In this document: one piece after another, positions 39,575 to 49,346 of the stretch
How the letters are laid out: every line of letters begins with the position of its first letter
How positions within the stretch are numbered: the first letter of the stretch is position 1
NCBI GenBank assembly: GCA_011364965.1
Contig: RDOB01000001.1
Span: 32,001 to 96,000 of the forward strand
Direction: 5' to 3'
Length of the DNA stretch: 64,000 bases
Source: Candidatus Heimdallarchaeota archaeon
Lineage (GTDB): Archaea; Asgardarchaeota; Heimdallarchaeia; Hodarchaeales; Hodarchaeaceae
Made by a program: the position numbers and the translations under genes
Notes under the pieces: model-generated
The model's database searches: none
The model's input: the letters and a program-made list of their open reading frames with translations, nothing else
What the model was told of the DNA's origin: nothing

Positions 39575-40177
39575 ATGGCAAATTTAGATGATTTCTTTAG
39601 TGACGATCAGTCCCGAAATGTTGATTCATTGATAGAGGTTACAAAAAAATTCTTTATTTTTGTTTCTCAACTCGCTGAAATTGTAGATGATCTAGAAAGG
39701 AAATATTCACTTTTGAATGGGAGAATCGATGATCTTCTTCAAAAATCGATGTCACCCCCCAGACAACCGCAAATTAACCCTCCAACAGTAAGTACCCCCG
39801 CTCAACCAGTAACAACTCCAACAGCGCCTCCAGCTCCGTCTTCTTTTCCAACTCCGCCTGGATTACCAACACCACCTAGTACAGTTCAACCTGCACCTAT
39901 TCAAGCTACTACACCTCCACCTGCCCCTTCTAACCTTCCTCCATTACCTGGACAGAGTCCCCCATCTAGTCCTTCAATTTTTGGGCAACCTCCACCCCCG
40001 CCAACATTCGGTCAGCAGAACCTACCCTCATCGGGAGGATTAGCTCCTAGTCCAACTGCTGGCCTTGGTCCAAACGCTCCAGCACCTACAGCATCTCCTA
40101 TGAGTTTAAAAGCTCAAATGAACATGGAACTCAAGGAAGCATTTGCTAGAATTCGGAAAGGATGGGATGAGGATTAG
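39575..40177 (+). CDS. Proline-rich protein with N-terminal coiled coil and C-terminal helix plus acidic Trp tail (ORF open from 39560)
   Basis: ~115-aa Pro/Ser/Thr-rich tract including PPPPP; ends LKEAFARIRKGWDED. Confidence 0.8.
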   Translation: MANLDDFFSDDQSRNVDSLIEVTKKFFIFVSQLAEIVDDLERKYSLLNGRIDDLLQKSMSPPRQPQINPPTVSTPAQPVTTPTAPPAPSSFPTPPGLPTPPSTVQPAPIQATTPPPAPSNLPPLPGQSPPSSPSIFGQPPPPPTFGQQNLPSSGGLAPSPTAGLGPNAPAPTASPMSLKAQMNMELKEAFARIRKGWDED

Positions 40178-40202
40178 TTATAGATTTAATCTACTTCTAT
40201 TC

Positions 40203-41144
40203 TTATTTATAAAGCAGATTTCCAAGATCTCTGAGCTTTTGGATGCCCCGAACTTCAAATTCAAATAATGGAATTTCCTTTAGATTAAAGTCAGAATATA
40301 ACTCCTTGATTTTTTTTAAATTCTCCTGATGATTATTAAACCGAGTATGACAGTATGGACACCCTGAACTTTCAGGTTGCACTTGATTAACAAAAATTTG
40401 ATTTATGGGAAATTGAACTTCATATAATGCTCTAATTAAACGCTCTGTCTCCCATATAGCCATGATATTGGGAATAGTAACAGCTATAAACTCTGTTTCA
40501 GTAGGATTAGCTAAATGAACACGCGCAATTTCGACTTGTTCTTTTAACTCTTCGAGTTTGTCAAATGCTTCATCCTCGCTTGGAATGCCAGTACCTCCAA
40601 GGAAAGTTTTCAAACCACTCATCATACCTCCGAGTTTTCTTCTCATTTTTATCATACGAAAGAGCCAACCTTCAGTAATTTCAGGTAGTTGAAGAAGTTT
40701 AAGTGTATGTCCTGTTGGAGCTGTATCAAAAATAACTAATTCAAATTCAGGGTTTTGTATGAATTCCAAAATCTGAATGAAAGCTACAGTCTCATCAGCG
40801 CCTGGTGGTGATAGAGACGTAGGATCAAGTTCTCCTAAGAAGTCAGATAAAGCCCCAGTTGGATCTTGTGTTTTCACAATGTCAGAATAGTTTTTGATAG
40901 CTTCATCTGTGTTTAATTCAATAGCAGATAACTTAGAAACATTGTTAACATGAGTATAACTATCTCCACCTATCTGTTGATCGAGACTATCCGAAACTGA
41001 ATGTGCAGGATCAGTAGATACCAGAAGTGTCTGTATTCCAAGATCTGCAGCGTATATAGCAGTAGCAGTGGCCATAGTAGTTTTTCCAACCCCGCCTTTT
41101 CCACCAAAGAATAAAAAGTGTTTATCAAAAATCAAATTATTCAT
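40203..41144 (-). CDS. Get3/TRC40 (ArsA family) ATPase
   Basis: GGKGGVGKTT, STDPAH, PGADE, DTAPTGHT, Met-rich insert, CPYC dimerisation motif. Confidence 0.92.
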   Translation of the reverse strand: MNNLIFDKHFLFFGGKGGVGKTTMATATAIYAADLGIQTLLVSTDPAHSVSDSLDQQIGGDSYTHVNNVSKLSAIELNTDEAIKNYSDIVKTQDPTGALSDFLGELDPTSLSPPGADETVAFIQILEFIQNPEFELVIFDTAPTGHTLKLLQLPEITEGWLFRMIKMRRKLGGMMSGLKTFLGGTGIPSEDEAFDKLEELKEQVEIARVHLANPTETEFIAVTIPNIMAIWETERLIRALYEVQFPINQIFVNQVQPESSGCPYCHTRFNNHQENLKKIKELYSDFNLKEIPLFEFEVRGIQKLRDLGNLLYK

Positions 41145-41273
41145 ATTTTCCCGAGAAGTAATTATGAAGATGAATCTTTTGGAATCTGCGAGGTAGAAAA
41201 TTTTGATAATAAATAAGAATCTTTAACAAGATTTGCGAAGGGGGGTGAAACATACTTCATTGGTGACTTATTC

Positions 41274-41876
41274 ATGAATCACAGGGTAAATCGAGGTATT
41301 TACAAGGGTCTTATGATTACAGTAATTTTAGTTATATTTCTACCCTCTATTTTATCAGAGGAAACTGTTAATGCCAATATAACTACAACAAGCATAGATT
41401 TCCCGAAATTGTTTGTTATAAAATCTGTCGAAAAATCTGAAGTATATTTGGGAGATAGTTTCACTGTTACTATTACAATTAAGAATTATGGAAACCAAAC
41501 TGCTTATAATGTTACTTTTAGTGAACAATTAAATAATCCTTGGGTTTTTGAGGTCTCTGGTATTACTAAACTTTCTTATAATCAGATTGGAGAAAATGAA
41601 ACTAAGCAATTCAGTTATATTATTATAGCTAAATCTCTGGGGAGGTATCAATTAAATGCAGGCAAAGTTGATTATTACGATTCTGAAGTCAATCCAAATA
41701 AGTATATTGCATACAGTAACTCACCAGAAATCATAGTAAATGCAGAACCTGAGGATTTTTCGCTAGAAAATTTCAATGCAGCGATTTCACTTCTCTTAAT
41801 TCTGTTAATTGGAAATTTTCTTCTGATTGCGCGTTTAATCTCCCAAAAACTGAATAGACGCAAAAATGACGGTTAG
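41274..41876 (+). CDS. TRAP-beta (SSR2)/BatD-like Ig-fold membrane protein
   Basis: Signal peptide, PKLFVIKS..GDSFTVTITIKNYG..AYNV..EVSG..GRYQL..VDY, C-terminal TM plus basic tail. Confidence 0.72.
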   Translation: MNHRVNRGIYKGLMITVILVIFLPSILSEETVNANITTTSIDFPKLFVIKSVEKSEVYLGDSFTVTITIKNYGNQTAYNVTFSEQLNNPWVFEVSGITKLSYNQIGENETKQFSYIIIAKSLGRYQLNAGKVDYYDSEVNPNKYIAYSNSPEIIVNAEPEDFSLENFNAAISLLLILLIGNFLLIARLISQKLNRRKNDG

Positions 41877-41887
41877 GTGGTCTCACA

Positions 41888-42448
41888 ATTTTTATACAGG
41901 AAAAGAATATTCCTGCGCAATTAGTTGATAAACAGGTTATCATTTGGGATCCTGAATTAGGAAGTGAGGTCTATCAATTGGGATACTTTGGGAAACCAGT
42001 GGGTATAAGAAAACCTAAATCCCCAAGATTCGATCGTCCACTGGAATTAACATTACTTGAAGCATTATTCCTATTTAAGAACAAACAAATTAGAATATTT
42101 GAAGAACCAGAGAATTTTATGGATGAAAAAACATTTTTTAAAATATGCATTGAAAGATTCACTAAGTTTGAAGATTTATACGCAGTTTATTCAGATCTCA
42201 GGAGTAAACGGTACATTGTTAGACCGGGATTGAAATTTGGAACGGACTTTGCCGTATATCGAAGAGGCCCAGGAATTGATCATGCTCCATTCCTCCTATC
42301 TATCTTTCCTAGGGATTCAACAATTGGACCTATTGATTTAGTTCTTTCAGGAAGATTAGCAACTTCAGTTAGGAAAAGATATGTCATAGCAACTGTACTT
42401 TCTGACCAACAAATCAGATATTATGTTTTTCAGTGGAATAGACCTTAA
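41888..42448 (+). CDS. endA: tRNA-splicing endonuclease catalytic subunit; N-terminus extended beyond TTG 41978, probable ATT start
   Basis: LELTLLEALFL, GLKFGTDFAVY, HAPF, SVRK (Tyr/His/Lys triad); in-frame upstream AQLVDKQVIIWDPELGSEVY. Confidence 0.92.
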   Translation: MFIQEKNIPAQLVDKQVIIWDPELGSEVYQLGYFGKPVGIRKPKSPRFDRPLELTLLEALFLFKNKQIRIFEEPENFMDEKTFFKICIERFTKFEDLYAVYSDLRSKRYIVRPGLKFGTDFAVYRRGPGIDHAPFLLSIFPRDSTIGPIDLVLSGRLATSVRKRYVIATVLSDQQIRYYVFQWNRP

Positions 42449-43104
42449 GAGTCAAAAGCTGATGAATAGATCCCTGCTTTAGGTTCGAAAAATTCTCCTG
42501 ATTCAAGTAATTCGGTAATAGCTGCATCTATTTGCTCTTCATCAATTTCTGCAAAGAATTCTACTATTTGAGAAAATGAAACACCATTCCCTTCATCTAG
42601 TTCTCTAACAACCTTCAAAAGCTTGGATTTTAAATCTTCTAACGAAATAATACCTAAATCAAGGCCCGAGACTTGAGCTTCTTCTATATGAGCTGAAATT
42701 TGCTTTTTAGATAATTCTTGAAGTACCTTAAGTCTGTGAACTAAAAACCAATTATCATCAGTAACGTAATTGACAATATTGGGTCTAACAAACACATCCA
42801 ACTCCTCATCTGACTGAGAAATTTGTATAAAACCTAATACCTCAATTTTGGCCCATTGGGGATACTTGTCTAATACCCCATCCCATGATTTAATGAAAAT
42901 GCACCCACTTCCATCTTCCAATTTTAGTCCTCTATAGTTATTACTCCCAGTTTGGTTTTCAGTAATGACTCCTATTAGCCAAACACGAGAAATAACAATT
43001 CGATCAATATCAATTAGTTGCCAGCGATCTTCATCATCTTGTATGAGTTCAGCTCGGTTTAATTGCTCGATCCTCATTTTTCTATATGGGTTAGATCGTT
43101 GCAT
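42445..43104 (-). CDS. RPA32-like ssDNA-binding subunit (OB fold plus C-terminal winged helix)
   Basis: ISRVWLIGVI, LEDGSG, C-terminal IDAAITELLESGEFFEPKAG. Confidence 0.85.
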   Translation of the reverse strand: MQRSNPYRKMRIEQLNRAELIQDDEDRWQLIDIDRIVISRVWLIGVITENQTGSNNYRGLKLEDGSGCIFIKSWDGVLDKYPQWAKIEVLGFIQISQSDEELDVFVRPNIVNYVTDDNWFLVHRLKVLQELSKKQISAHIEEAQVSGLDLGIISLEDLKSKLLKVVRELDEGNGVSFSQIVEFFAEIDEEQIDAAITELLESGEFFEPKAGIYSSAFDS

Positions 43105-43127
43105 AAAAATCCCTTAGTCAAAGTATG

Positions 43128-43577
43128 TTACATAATCCATTTTTCATTAATTTGTGTATAGCTTTGGAGTTCATTCTCCTTGAATAAGATTCCTAATTCA
43201 TATTTTGCCCGATCAGGTTGATCTGACGAATGAACAATATTTTTAGTCAGATGTAGACCTAAATCTCCCCTTATTGTACCAGGTTCGGCTTCTGGGGAGT
43301 TTGTTGCTCCACAGAGTTTCCGCACTACCTTCACTGCATTGGGCCCTTGTATTGCTAATGCTACAATTGGTCCAGACATTATAAATGCTTTCAAAATAGG
43401 GAAAAAGCTTTTCTTGAGATGAATATCATACAACTGCTCAATAGTTGAATCAGTAAGAATCTCCATTTTCAAACCTATAATTTTTAAGCCTTTCTCTTCA
43501 ATTCGTGAAATTATTTTTCCTATTAGTCCTCTTTGCACAGCATCAGGTTTAATCATTAAAAGAGTTGTTTCAATCAC
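43128..43577 (-). CDS. ndk: Nucleoside-diphosphate kinase
   Basis: IKPDAVQRGLIG, PGTIRGD, NIVHSSD. Confidence 0.97.
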   Translation of the reverse strand: MIETTLLMIKPDAVQRGLIGKIISRIEEKGLKIIGLKMEILTDSTIEQLYDIHLKKSFFPILKAFIMSGPIVALAIQGPNAVKVVRKLCGATNSPEAEPGTIRGDLGLHLTKNIVHSSDQPDRAKYELGILFKENELQSYTQINEKWIM

Positions 43578-43958
43578 TTCTGTTCGCTTCCTTTTGGTGT
43601 ATAGTTTTCCATGAGCGTGATAAAGCCTATGGGATGCATGGAAAATTTGATATCTGTATTACGTGAAATAAATTGTTTTTATATTAATGAATAATCTATC
43701 CCACACGAATTGGATCTCTTTTGGTAGATTAAACCTACTCCTTATTCTCATATTAAAATTCTTTTTTGGGATTTCTAAGGTTATTTTATGTCTTTATTGT
43801 AACTCAATGTCTTATTTCTCAATTCAGAAAGAAAAAAAGATTATAAAAATTGTCTTAATTGTCGCTCTTGCTCTGTAATTTTTCTTTGATTAAAAAAAAA
43901 TCATTTGTCAAGGAATTCAAGGAAAGAAAATTATTATTAACAAAGGAAACGTGACAAT

Positions 43959-46406
43959 ATGTTTACAACGTTTATGGATTTGGGACTCTTTGAACAGTTA
44001 ACCCTAATGATAGTTATCATCGTGGCCATTATTTCTTTTATCTATTCATGGTGGTTACGAAAGGATGTACTCAGTCATGACGCGGGTACCGCGGAAATGC
44101 GGAAAGTATGGGAAGCAATCAATGAAGGAGCCAATGCTTATCTTCGGAAACAGCTCAGAACGATTCTTCCAATAGTTATTCTTTTAACTGTAGCATTATT
44201 CCTCAGTGTTTACCTTGTTCATCCCTCAGAAGCTGCGGCGGTAGAGTTTGGACGTTTTGGTGAAGAAAATGCAATTATAATCGTTGCAGTTGGTCGAACC
44301 CTTGCATTCATAATGGGTGCATCGTTTTCAACTATGGTTGGACAATTCGGAATGAGAATTGCAGTTCAAGGTAATCTGAGAGTAGCAGCAACTGCTGCAA
44401 AAAGCACAGATGCTGATGGAAATCACATTGACATAGGCAAACGATATAATAAGGCGCTTTCAGTGGCCTATCATGCAGGAACAGTAACTGGTATGCTCAC
44501 TGATGGATTCGGTCTCTTAGGAGGAACAATTATTTTTATAATATTTGGTACGGCTGCGCCTGATGCACTACTTGGCTTTGGCTTTGGTGGAACCATTCTT
44601 GCCCTCTTTATGAGGGTTGGAGGTGGAATATATACAAAAGCAGCTGATGTTGGAGCTGATCTGGTTGGAAAAGTAGAGAAAGATGTACCAGAAGACGATC
44701 CACGAAACGCAGGAGTGATAGCCGATCTTGTTGGTGATAATGTTGGCGATTGTGCAGGAATGGCTGCAGATATCTTCGAGTCATATGAAGTTACAATTGT
44801 TTCATCATTGATTCTAGGATTAGTTTTATACGGATTAGATGGACGTATAGTATGGATTATGTTTCCGCTAATTATTAGAGCTGTTGGAGTCATTAGCTCC
44901 ATGGTGGGAACATATGCAGTTGCCTTATGGAAAACACCTGATGCTGAAAAAGCAATGTTTCAGTCCTATGAGATATCTAGTGCTATTACTATCTTAACTT
45001 CTTTTACTATAGCTACATTCTATGCTGGAGATTGGAGAATGGGGCTATTAATTGCCATAGGAGTCTTACTTGCTGTTTCATTCAACCCAATTACTGCTAG
45101 ATTTACAGCTAAGAAAGGTGGACCTGTTGTAGAGGTTTATGAATCCACGAAGGGAGGCCCAGCAACAACTATTCTCAGTGGAATAGCTCTTGGATATGAA
45201 TCAAGTGTTTGGGCCCTTGTCACGATTTGTATTTCTTTTATCCTAACAATCGTTACTTTTGTTATTTTACCAGGAAACGCTCAATTACCTTTAATTGGAT
45301 CGTTCCTTTCAGGAAATGCAATCGTGATTGATCCAGCACACATTGGTGAAGCAATTTTATATGGAATCGCGTTGATTGGTATAGGTATGCTTTCCCACAC
45401 AGGTAATAATGTTGCAATGGATTCTTTTGGACCTATAAGCGATAATGCCCAAGGAATTGCAGAAATGACTGGAATGGATGAGGAATCCAGGAAAGTACTT
45501 GAAGAATTAGATGCTGTCGGAAATACTACAAAAGCTATTACAAAAGGTGTGGCAATTGCGTCTGCAGTGATTGCATCCGTAAGTCTATTCGCATCATTTG
45601 TGACCGATGTGGGAATTGTTGCTAGAAATCTAGGTTTAACTAGTCCATTAGCATACGGATTAAGGATAAATATTCCTGCAGTATTCGTAGGTTTGCTTCT
45701 TGGTGGCGCATTACCATGGATTTTCTCAGCATTTAATATAAGAGCTGTAAGTCGCGCCGCTGGGCAAACTATTGACGAGGTTCGACGACAATTCAAAATT
45801 CCAGGAATTATGGAGGGTACTAAAAAGCCAGAGTATGGACGTGTTGTTAACATTGTAACCGCGGCCGCTCAAAAAGAATTGATCAGTCTGACCATTCTAG
45901 CTGTAAGTGCACCGATTTTTATTGCGATATTTTTCACATTGTCATTGAGTATTTTTGGTGGTAATTTTGATCAACAGCTAATTGGATCAGGTGTAGAAGC
46001 TTTAGGCGGATTTCAAGCTGGTATTATTGTCAGTGGACAACTATTAGCAGTTTATATGTCGAATGCAGGAGGTGCTTGGGACAATGCTAAGAAGGCCATC
46101 GAAGATGAACCTCGAGATCTTGCTAAAAATACAGGAAAAGGCTCTGAACGGCACATGGCAAGTGTTGTTGGAGATACTGTTGGCGATCCACTCAAAGATA
46201 CAGCAGGGCCTGCATTGAATCCAATGATTAAGGTTATCAACTTGATCAGCCTTATACTTGCACCTCTCTTAGTACAATCATACCAAGATCAGAACTTGCA
46301 ATTGATCCTCGCAGTTGTAGGCATTTTTCTTTTTATTGCCTTTATATGGGCATATCGTAGAAGTTCAAGTAAATCTGCGCTATCTTTGGATAATATCACG
46401 AAATAG
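43959..46406 (+). CDS. hppA: Membrane-bound ion-translocating pyrophosphatase, probably K+-independent H+ type
   Basis: GGIYTKAADVGADLVGKVE, DNVGD, GNTTKA (Lys at the K/A determinant), GDTVGDPLKD. Confidence 0.96.
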   Translation: MFTTFMDLGLFEQLTLMIVIIVAIISFIYSWWLRKDVLSHDAGTAEMRKVWEAINEGANAYLRKQLRTILPIVILLTVALFLSVYLVHPSEAAAVEFGRFGEENAIIIVAVGRTLAFIMGASFSTMVGQFGMRIAVQGNLRVAATAAKSTDADGNHIDIGKRYNKALSVAYHAGTVTGMLTDGFGLLGGTIIFIIFGTAAPDALLGFGFGGTILALFMRVGGGIYTKAADVGADLVGKVEKDVPEDDPRNAGVIADLVGDNVGDCAGMAADIFESYEVTIVSSLILGLVLYGLDGRIVWIMFPLIIRAVGVISSMVGTYAVALWKTPDAEKAMFQSYEISSAITILTSFTIATFYAGDWRMGLLIAIGVLLAVSFNPITARFTAKKGGPVVEVYESTKGGPATTILSGIALGYESSVWALVTICISFILTIVTFVILPGNAQLPLIGSFLSGNAIVIDPAHIGEAILYGIALIGIGMLSHTGNNVAMDSFGPISDNAQGIAEMTGMDEESRKVLEELDAVGNTTKAITKGVAIASAVIASVSLFASFVTDVGIVARNLGLTSPLAYGLRINIPAVFVGLLLGGALPWIFSAFNIRAVSRAAGQTIDEVRRQFKIPGIMEGTKKPEYGRVVNIVTAAAQKELISLTILAVSAPIFIAIFFTLSLSIFGGNFDQQLIGSGVEALGGFQAGIIVSGQLLAVYMSNAGGAWDNAKKAIEDEPRDLAKNTGKGSERHMASVVGDTVGDPLKDTAGPALNPMIKVINLISLILAPLLVQSYQDQNLQLILAVVGIFLFIAFIWAYRRSSSKSALSLDNITK

Positions 46407-46448
46407 GATTGGAACTGAGTTTCAATTCCTATTCTTTTCCTTTTTTTC
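46402..46448 (+). terminator. Stem-loop plus T-tract after hppA
   Basis: AATAGGATTGGAAC-TGA-GTTTCAATTCCTATT imperfect hairpin followed by CTTTTCCTTTTTTT. Confidence 0.45.
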
Positions 46449-46555
46449 AGTTTCTAAATATCTTAGAAAAACTCAATACTAATTTCAATAAACCCCTTAT
46501 TGATCTGTTTTTAGTAGCTGGCCATCTAAATTAAGCAGATTGAGGTCCTACGAAA

Positions 46556-47098
46556 ATGTATTATCTAACGAGAATTCGTGAAACCGTACGTGTTCCACCA
46601 AACCGTTTTGGGGATCGTATTGAAGATGTTATCCTAGATCTCTCAAGAAGCAAAAATGAAACTACTATTGGGGGAGATATTGGGATGATTGTTGCCATTC
46701 TAAATGTTAATGAGATCTCTCCAGGAAGAATAGTCCCGGGAGATGGAGCTACTTTCCATGATGTCGAATATGAAGCACTTACATTTCGACCAATCGATGA
46801 TGAAATCACTGAAGGAGAAGTTGTTGAGACGACCAAATTCGGTTTTTTCATGAGGATTGGATGTACAGATGCATTAGCACATATTAGTCAGATTTCTGAT
46901 GAATATTTCCAGATGTCATCACGTGCATCAGGAGTTCTTGTGGGACGAGAATCTGGACGTACTATTAGACCAGGGGATTTGGTTCGAGGTAAAATAATAA
47001 CTGCTACAGTTGACCATGTCAGCATGAAAATCGCAGTAACAATGAAAGGGGAAGGATTGGGATTAAAAAATTGGTTAAAAGAAGAACAAAAGGCATAA
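46556..47098 (+). CDS. rpo7: RNA polymerase subunit Rpo7 (E')
   Basis: VRVPPNRFG, GRIVPGDGA, HISQISD, GLG. Confidence 0.95.
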   Translation: MYYLTRIRETVRVPPNRFGDRIEDVILDLSRSKNETTIGGDIGMIVAILNVNEISPGRIVPGDGATFHDVEYEALTFRPIDDEITEGEVVETTKFGFFMRIGCTDALAHISQISDEYFQMSSRASGVLVGRESGRTIRPGDLVRGKIITATVDHVSMKIAVTMKGEGLGLKNWLKEEQKA

Positions 47099-47110
47099 AA
47101 GGTAATAGAA

Positions 47111-47302
47111 ATGAAGAAAAAGGCATGCAAAAAATGTAATAGTATCGTTGATGGTGAACAGGTATGCCCTATTTGTAAAACACACAATCATCTCTCCAAA
47201 AGCTTCTCTGGCATGGTAATTATCAGAGATATTGATAAAAGCAAAATTGCCAGAAAATTGAACATTAAAAGGCCTGGAAAATACGCTATTAAAGTTAGGT
47301 AG
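47111..47302 (+). CDS. spt4: Transcription elongation factor Spt4 (RpoE'')
   Basis: ACKKC..CPIC, SKIA..PGKYAIKVR. Confidence 0.95.
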   Translation: MKKKACKKCNSIVDGEQVCPICKTHNHLSKSFSGMVIIRDIDKSKIARKLNIKRPGKYAIKVR

Positions 47303-47309
47303 ATGATAT

Positions 47310-47882
47310 TTGGGTTATAAACTTCCAAAATCGTTAAGATCGGAACTTCGGACTCCTATAGGTCAGCTCTTTACTGGGAGCGGGAAGTATCCTGCAAAAA
47401 GAGTAGTGAAATTCATTGAGGAAAATAATTCTATTTTAAGTATCTCAATCGGAGATTTTTGTACTAGGTCGTTATTGGATATAAAATTTTACCCTGATGT
47501 CGTTATTTATGATGGGAAAACTAAACGTCATAGTACACTCTCATTGGATCTTAACTTTTATCATAAATTCGAAACTGTTAATCCCCCAGAGTGGATTTTA
47601 TTCCAAGCAAAGAAGGTTATTGAGAATGCAATTAACTTTAATACTGTAAATAATTCCCGCGTAGCTGTCCGGATTGATGGTGAAGAAGACCTACTGATAA
47701 TTCCTACTATCACCCTTGCTCCTCTGGGCGCTACAATAATATATGGACAACCTCCAATGGTAAATACCGAGGAGGGAATTGTGGCAGTAGTAATATCACC
47801 TTCATTAAAAAACATGATGCAGAAACTATTAGAAAAATTTGAATTTCACGAGGAATGGGCAAATGGAAACAACAATCCTTGA
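47310..47882 (+). CDS. GTP-dependent dephospho-CoA kinase (DUF359)
   Basis: IGD, DGKTKR, NPP, DGEEDLL, YGQP..EG. Confidence 0.92.
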   Translation: MGYKLPKSLRSELRTPIGQLFTGSGKYPAKRVVKFIEENNSILSISIGDFCTRSLLDIKFYPDVVIYDGKTKRHSTLSLDLNFYHKFETVNPPEWILFQAKKVIENAINFNTVNNSRVAVRIDGEEDLLIIPTITLAPLGATIIYGQPPMVNTEEGIVAVVISPSLKNMMQKLLEKFEFHEEWANGNNNP

Positions 47883-48165
47883 GGAAAAGTATAATCAACT
47901 TATCGGTCGTAAAGAAGTCGATGTACTAGTAACTCACCTTGGAGAGAAAACACCAACGAGAGAGGCAGTTAGATCTAAAATTGCAGCATTATTGAATATG
48001 GATTTAGAAAATGTAGTCATTCAATCGATTATTGGACATTTTGGAGAACCAAGATCCCGTGTAACTGTGCATTGCTATGAAAATGCAGAAGATGCATCCA
48101 TTTATGAACCAATTTATAGATTAAAGCGTAATAAAATCATTGAAGACGAGAAATCAGAGAGTTGA
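47863..48165 (+). CDS. rps24e: 30S ribosomal protein S24e
   Basis: [16 protein letters not shown]. Confidence 0.93.
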   Translation: METTILEEKYNQLIGRKEVDVLVTHLGEKTPTREAVRSKIAALLNMDLENVVIQSIIGHFGEPRSRVTVHCYENAEDASIYEPIYRLKRNKIIEDEKSES

Positions 48166-48170
48166 AGGGA

Positions 48171-48332
48171 ATGCCTATCAGAAGAAAGCCAGCAAATGAA
48201 TATTACGATGTTGATTATAAGAAGGGAGCATTTAAAAGAACCCGTAAAACATGTCCAAGATGTAAAGGATCCTTTATGGCAAAACATAAAGATAGAAGTT
48301 CCTGTGGTCTCTGCGGATATACAGAATTCTAA
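48171..48332 (+). CDS. rps27ae: 30S ribosomal protein S27ae (53 aa, not in ORF track; no ubiquitin fusion)
   Basis: Hand translation [43 protein letters not shown]. Confidence 0.95.
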   Translation: MPIRRKPANEYYDVDYKKGAFKRTRKTCPRCKGSFMAKHKDRSSCGLCGYTEF

Positions 48333-48353
48333 AAATTAGTAATTGATAATCTT

Positions 48354-49346
48354 ATGGACCCCCAAAAAACCCCAGTAATTCTAGGCTTGGAGGGAACTGC
48401 TCATACAGCAGGAATATCAGTCGTAAAAGGTTCTGAAATCCTGATTAATAAATCTACAACTTATTTGCCTACTCAAGGAGGAATTCATCCTCGTGAAGCT
48501 GCAGATTATCTCTCCAAGCATTATCCATTGCTTTTACAAGAGGTAATCAACGAACTCTCCATTAATCTGAAAGAAATTGATGCAATCGCATTCTCAAGAG
48601 GTCCTGGTCTTGGGCCGTGTTTACGTATCACCGCTACAATTGCTAGAGCGTTAGCATTATATCTTCAAAAACCTTTAATCGGTGTAAATCATTGTATTGC
48701 GCATGTAGAATTAGGCCGAATGATTACTCCAGCAAGGGATCCAGTAGTTCTATATGTAAGCGGCGGTAATACTCAACTGATAGCGTTCTTAAATCAAAAG
48801 TATAGAATTCTTGGCGAAACCCTTGATGTGGCTATTGGTAATGCCTTGGATGCACTTGGGCGGTCTTTAGGATTATCTCACCCTGGAGGCCCAAACATCG
48901 AAAGAGAGGCCAGTGAAGGGAAAAAATTATTACTTTTGCCATATACAGTTAAAGGAATGTCTTTTTCATTTTCTGGAGCAGTCACTGCTGCTCAAAGGTT
49001 AATAAATGTAGAATCAGTCCAAGATATTTGTTTTTCATTTCAAGAGTATACATTCTCAGCTTTAGCTGAAGCAACCGAAAGAGCACTATCCTGTACAAAA
49101 AAACCTAGTGTTCTGCTTACTGGGGGAGTCGCAGCTAATATGAGATTGAGACAAATGATACAAAATGTAGCTGACGAACAAGGAGTAGAATTTCATGTTG
49201 TTCCAAAACACCTAGCTGGGGATAACGGAGCGATGATTGCGATGGCAGGAACGCTTATGTATAAAGTTGGAGAATTCGTAGAGATAATTAAAAGCTCCGT
49301 AAGGCCTCGTTGGCGAACAGATCAAGTAAAGGTGAGTTGGTTATGA
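48354..49346 (+). CDS. kae1: KEOPS tRNA t6A threonylcarbamoyltransferase Kae1
   Basis: LGLEGTAH, GGIHPREAA, VNHCIAHVE, VSGGNT, DNGAMIA. Confidence 0.97.
   Translation: MDPQKTPVILGLEGTAHTAGISVVKGSEILINKSTTYLPTQGGIHPREAADYLSKHYPLLLQEVINELSINLKEIDAIAFSRGPGLGPCLRITATIARALALYLQKPLIGVNHCIAHVELGRMITPARDPVVLYVSGGNTQLIAFLNQKYRILGETLDVAIGNALDALGRSLGLSHPGGPNIEREASEGKKLLLLPYTVKGMSFSFSGAVTAAQRLINVESVQDICFSFQEYTFSALAEATERALSCTKKPSVLLTGGVAANMRLRQMIQNVADEQGVEFHVVPKHLAGDNGAMIAMAGTLMYKVGEFVEIIKSSVRPRWRTDQVKVSWL

Noticed and set aside
48171-48332. Ubiquitin-S27a fusion as in eukaryotes
   Set aside because: The ORF starts directly with S27ae, 5 nt after the rps24e stop.
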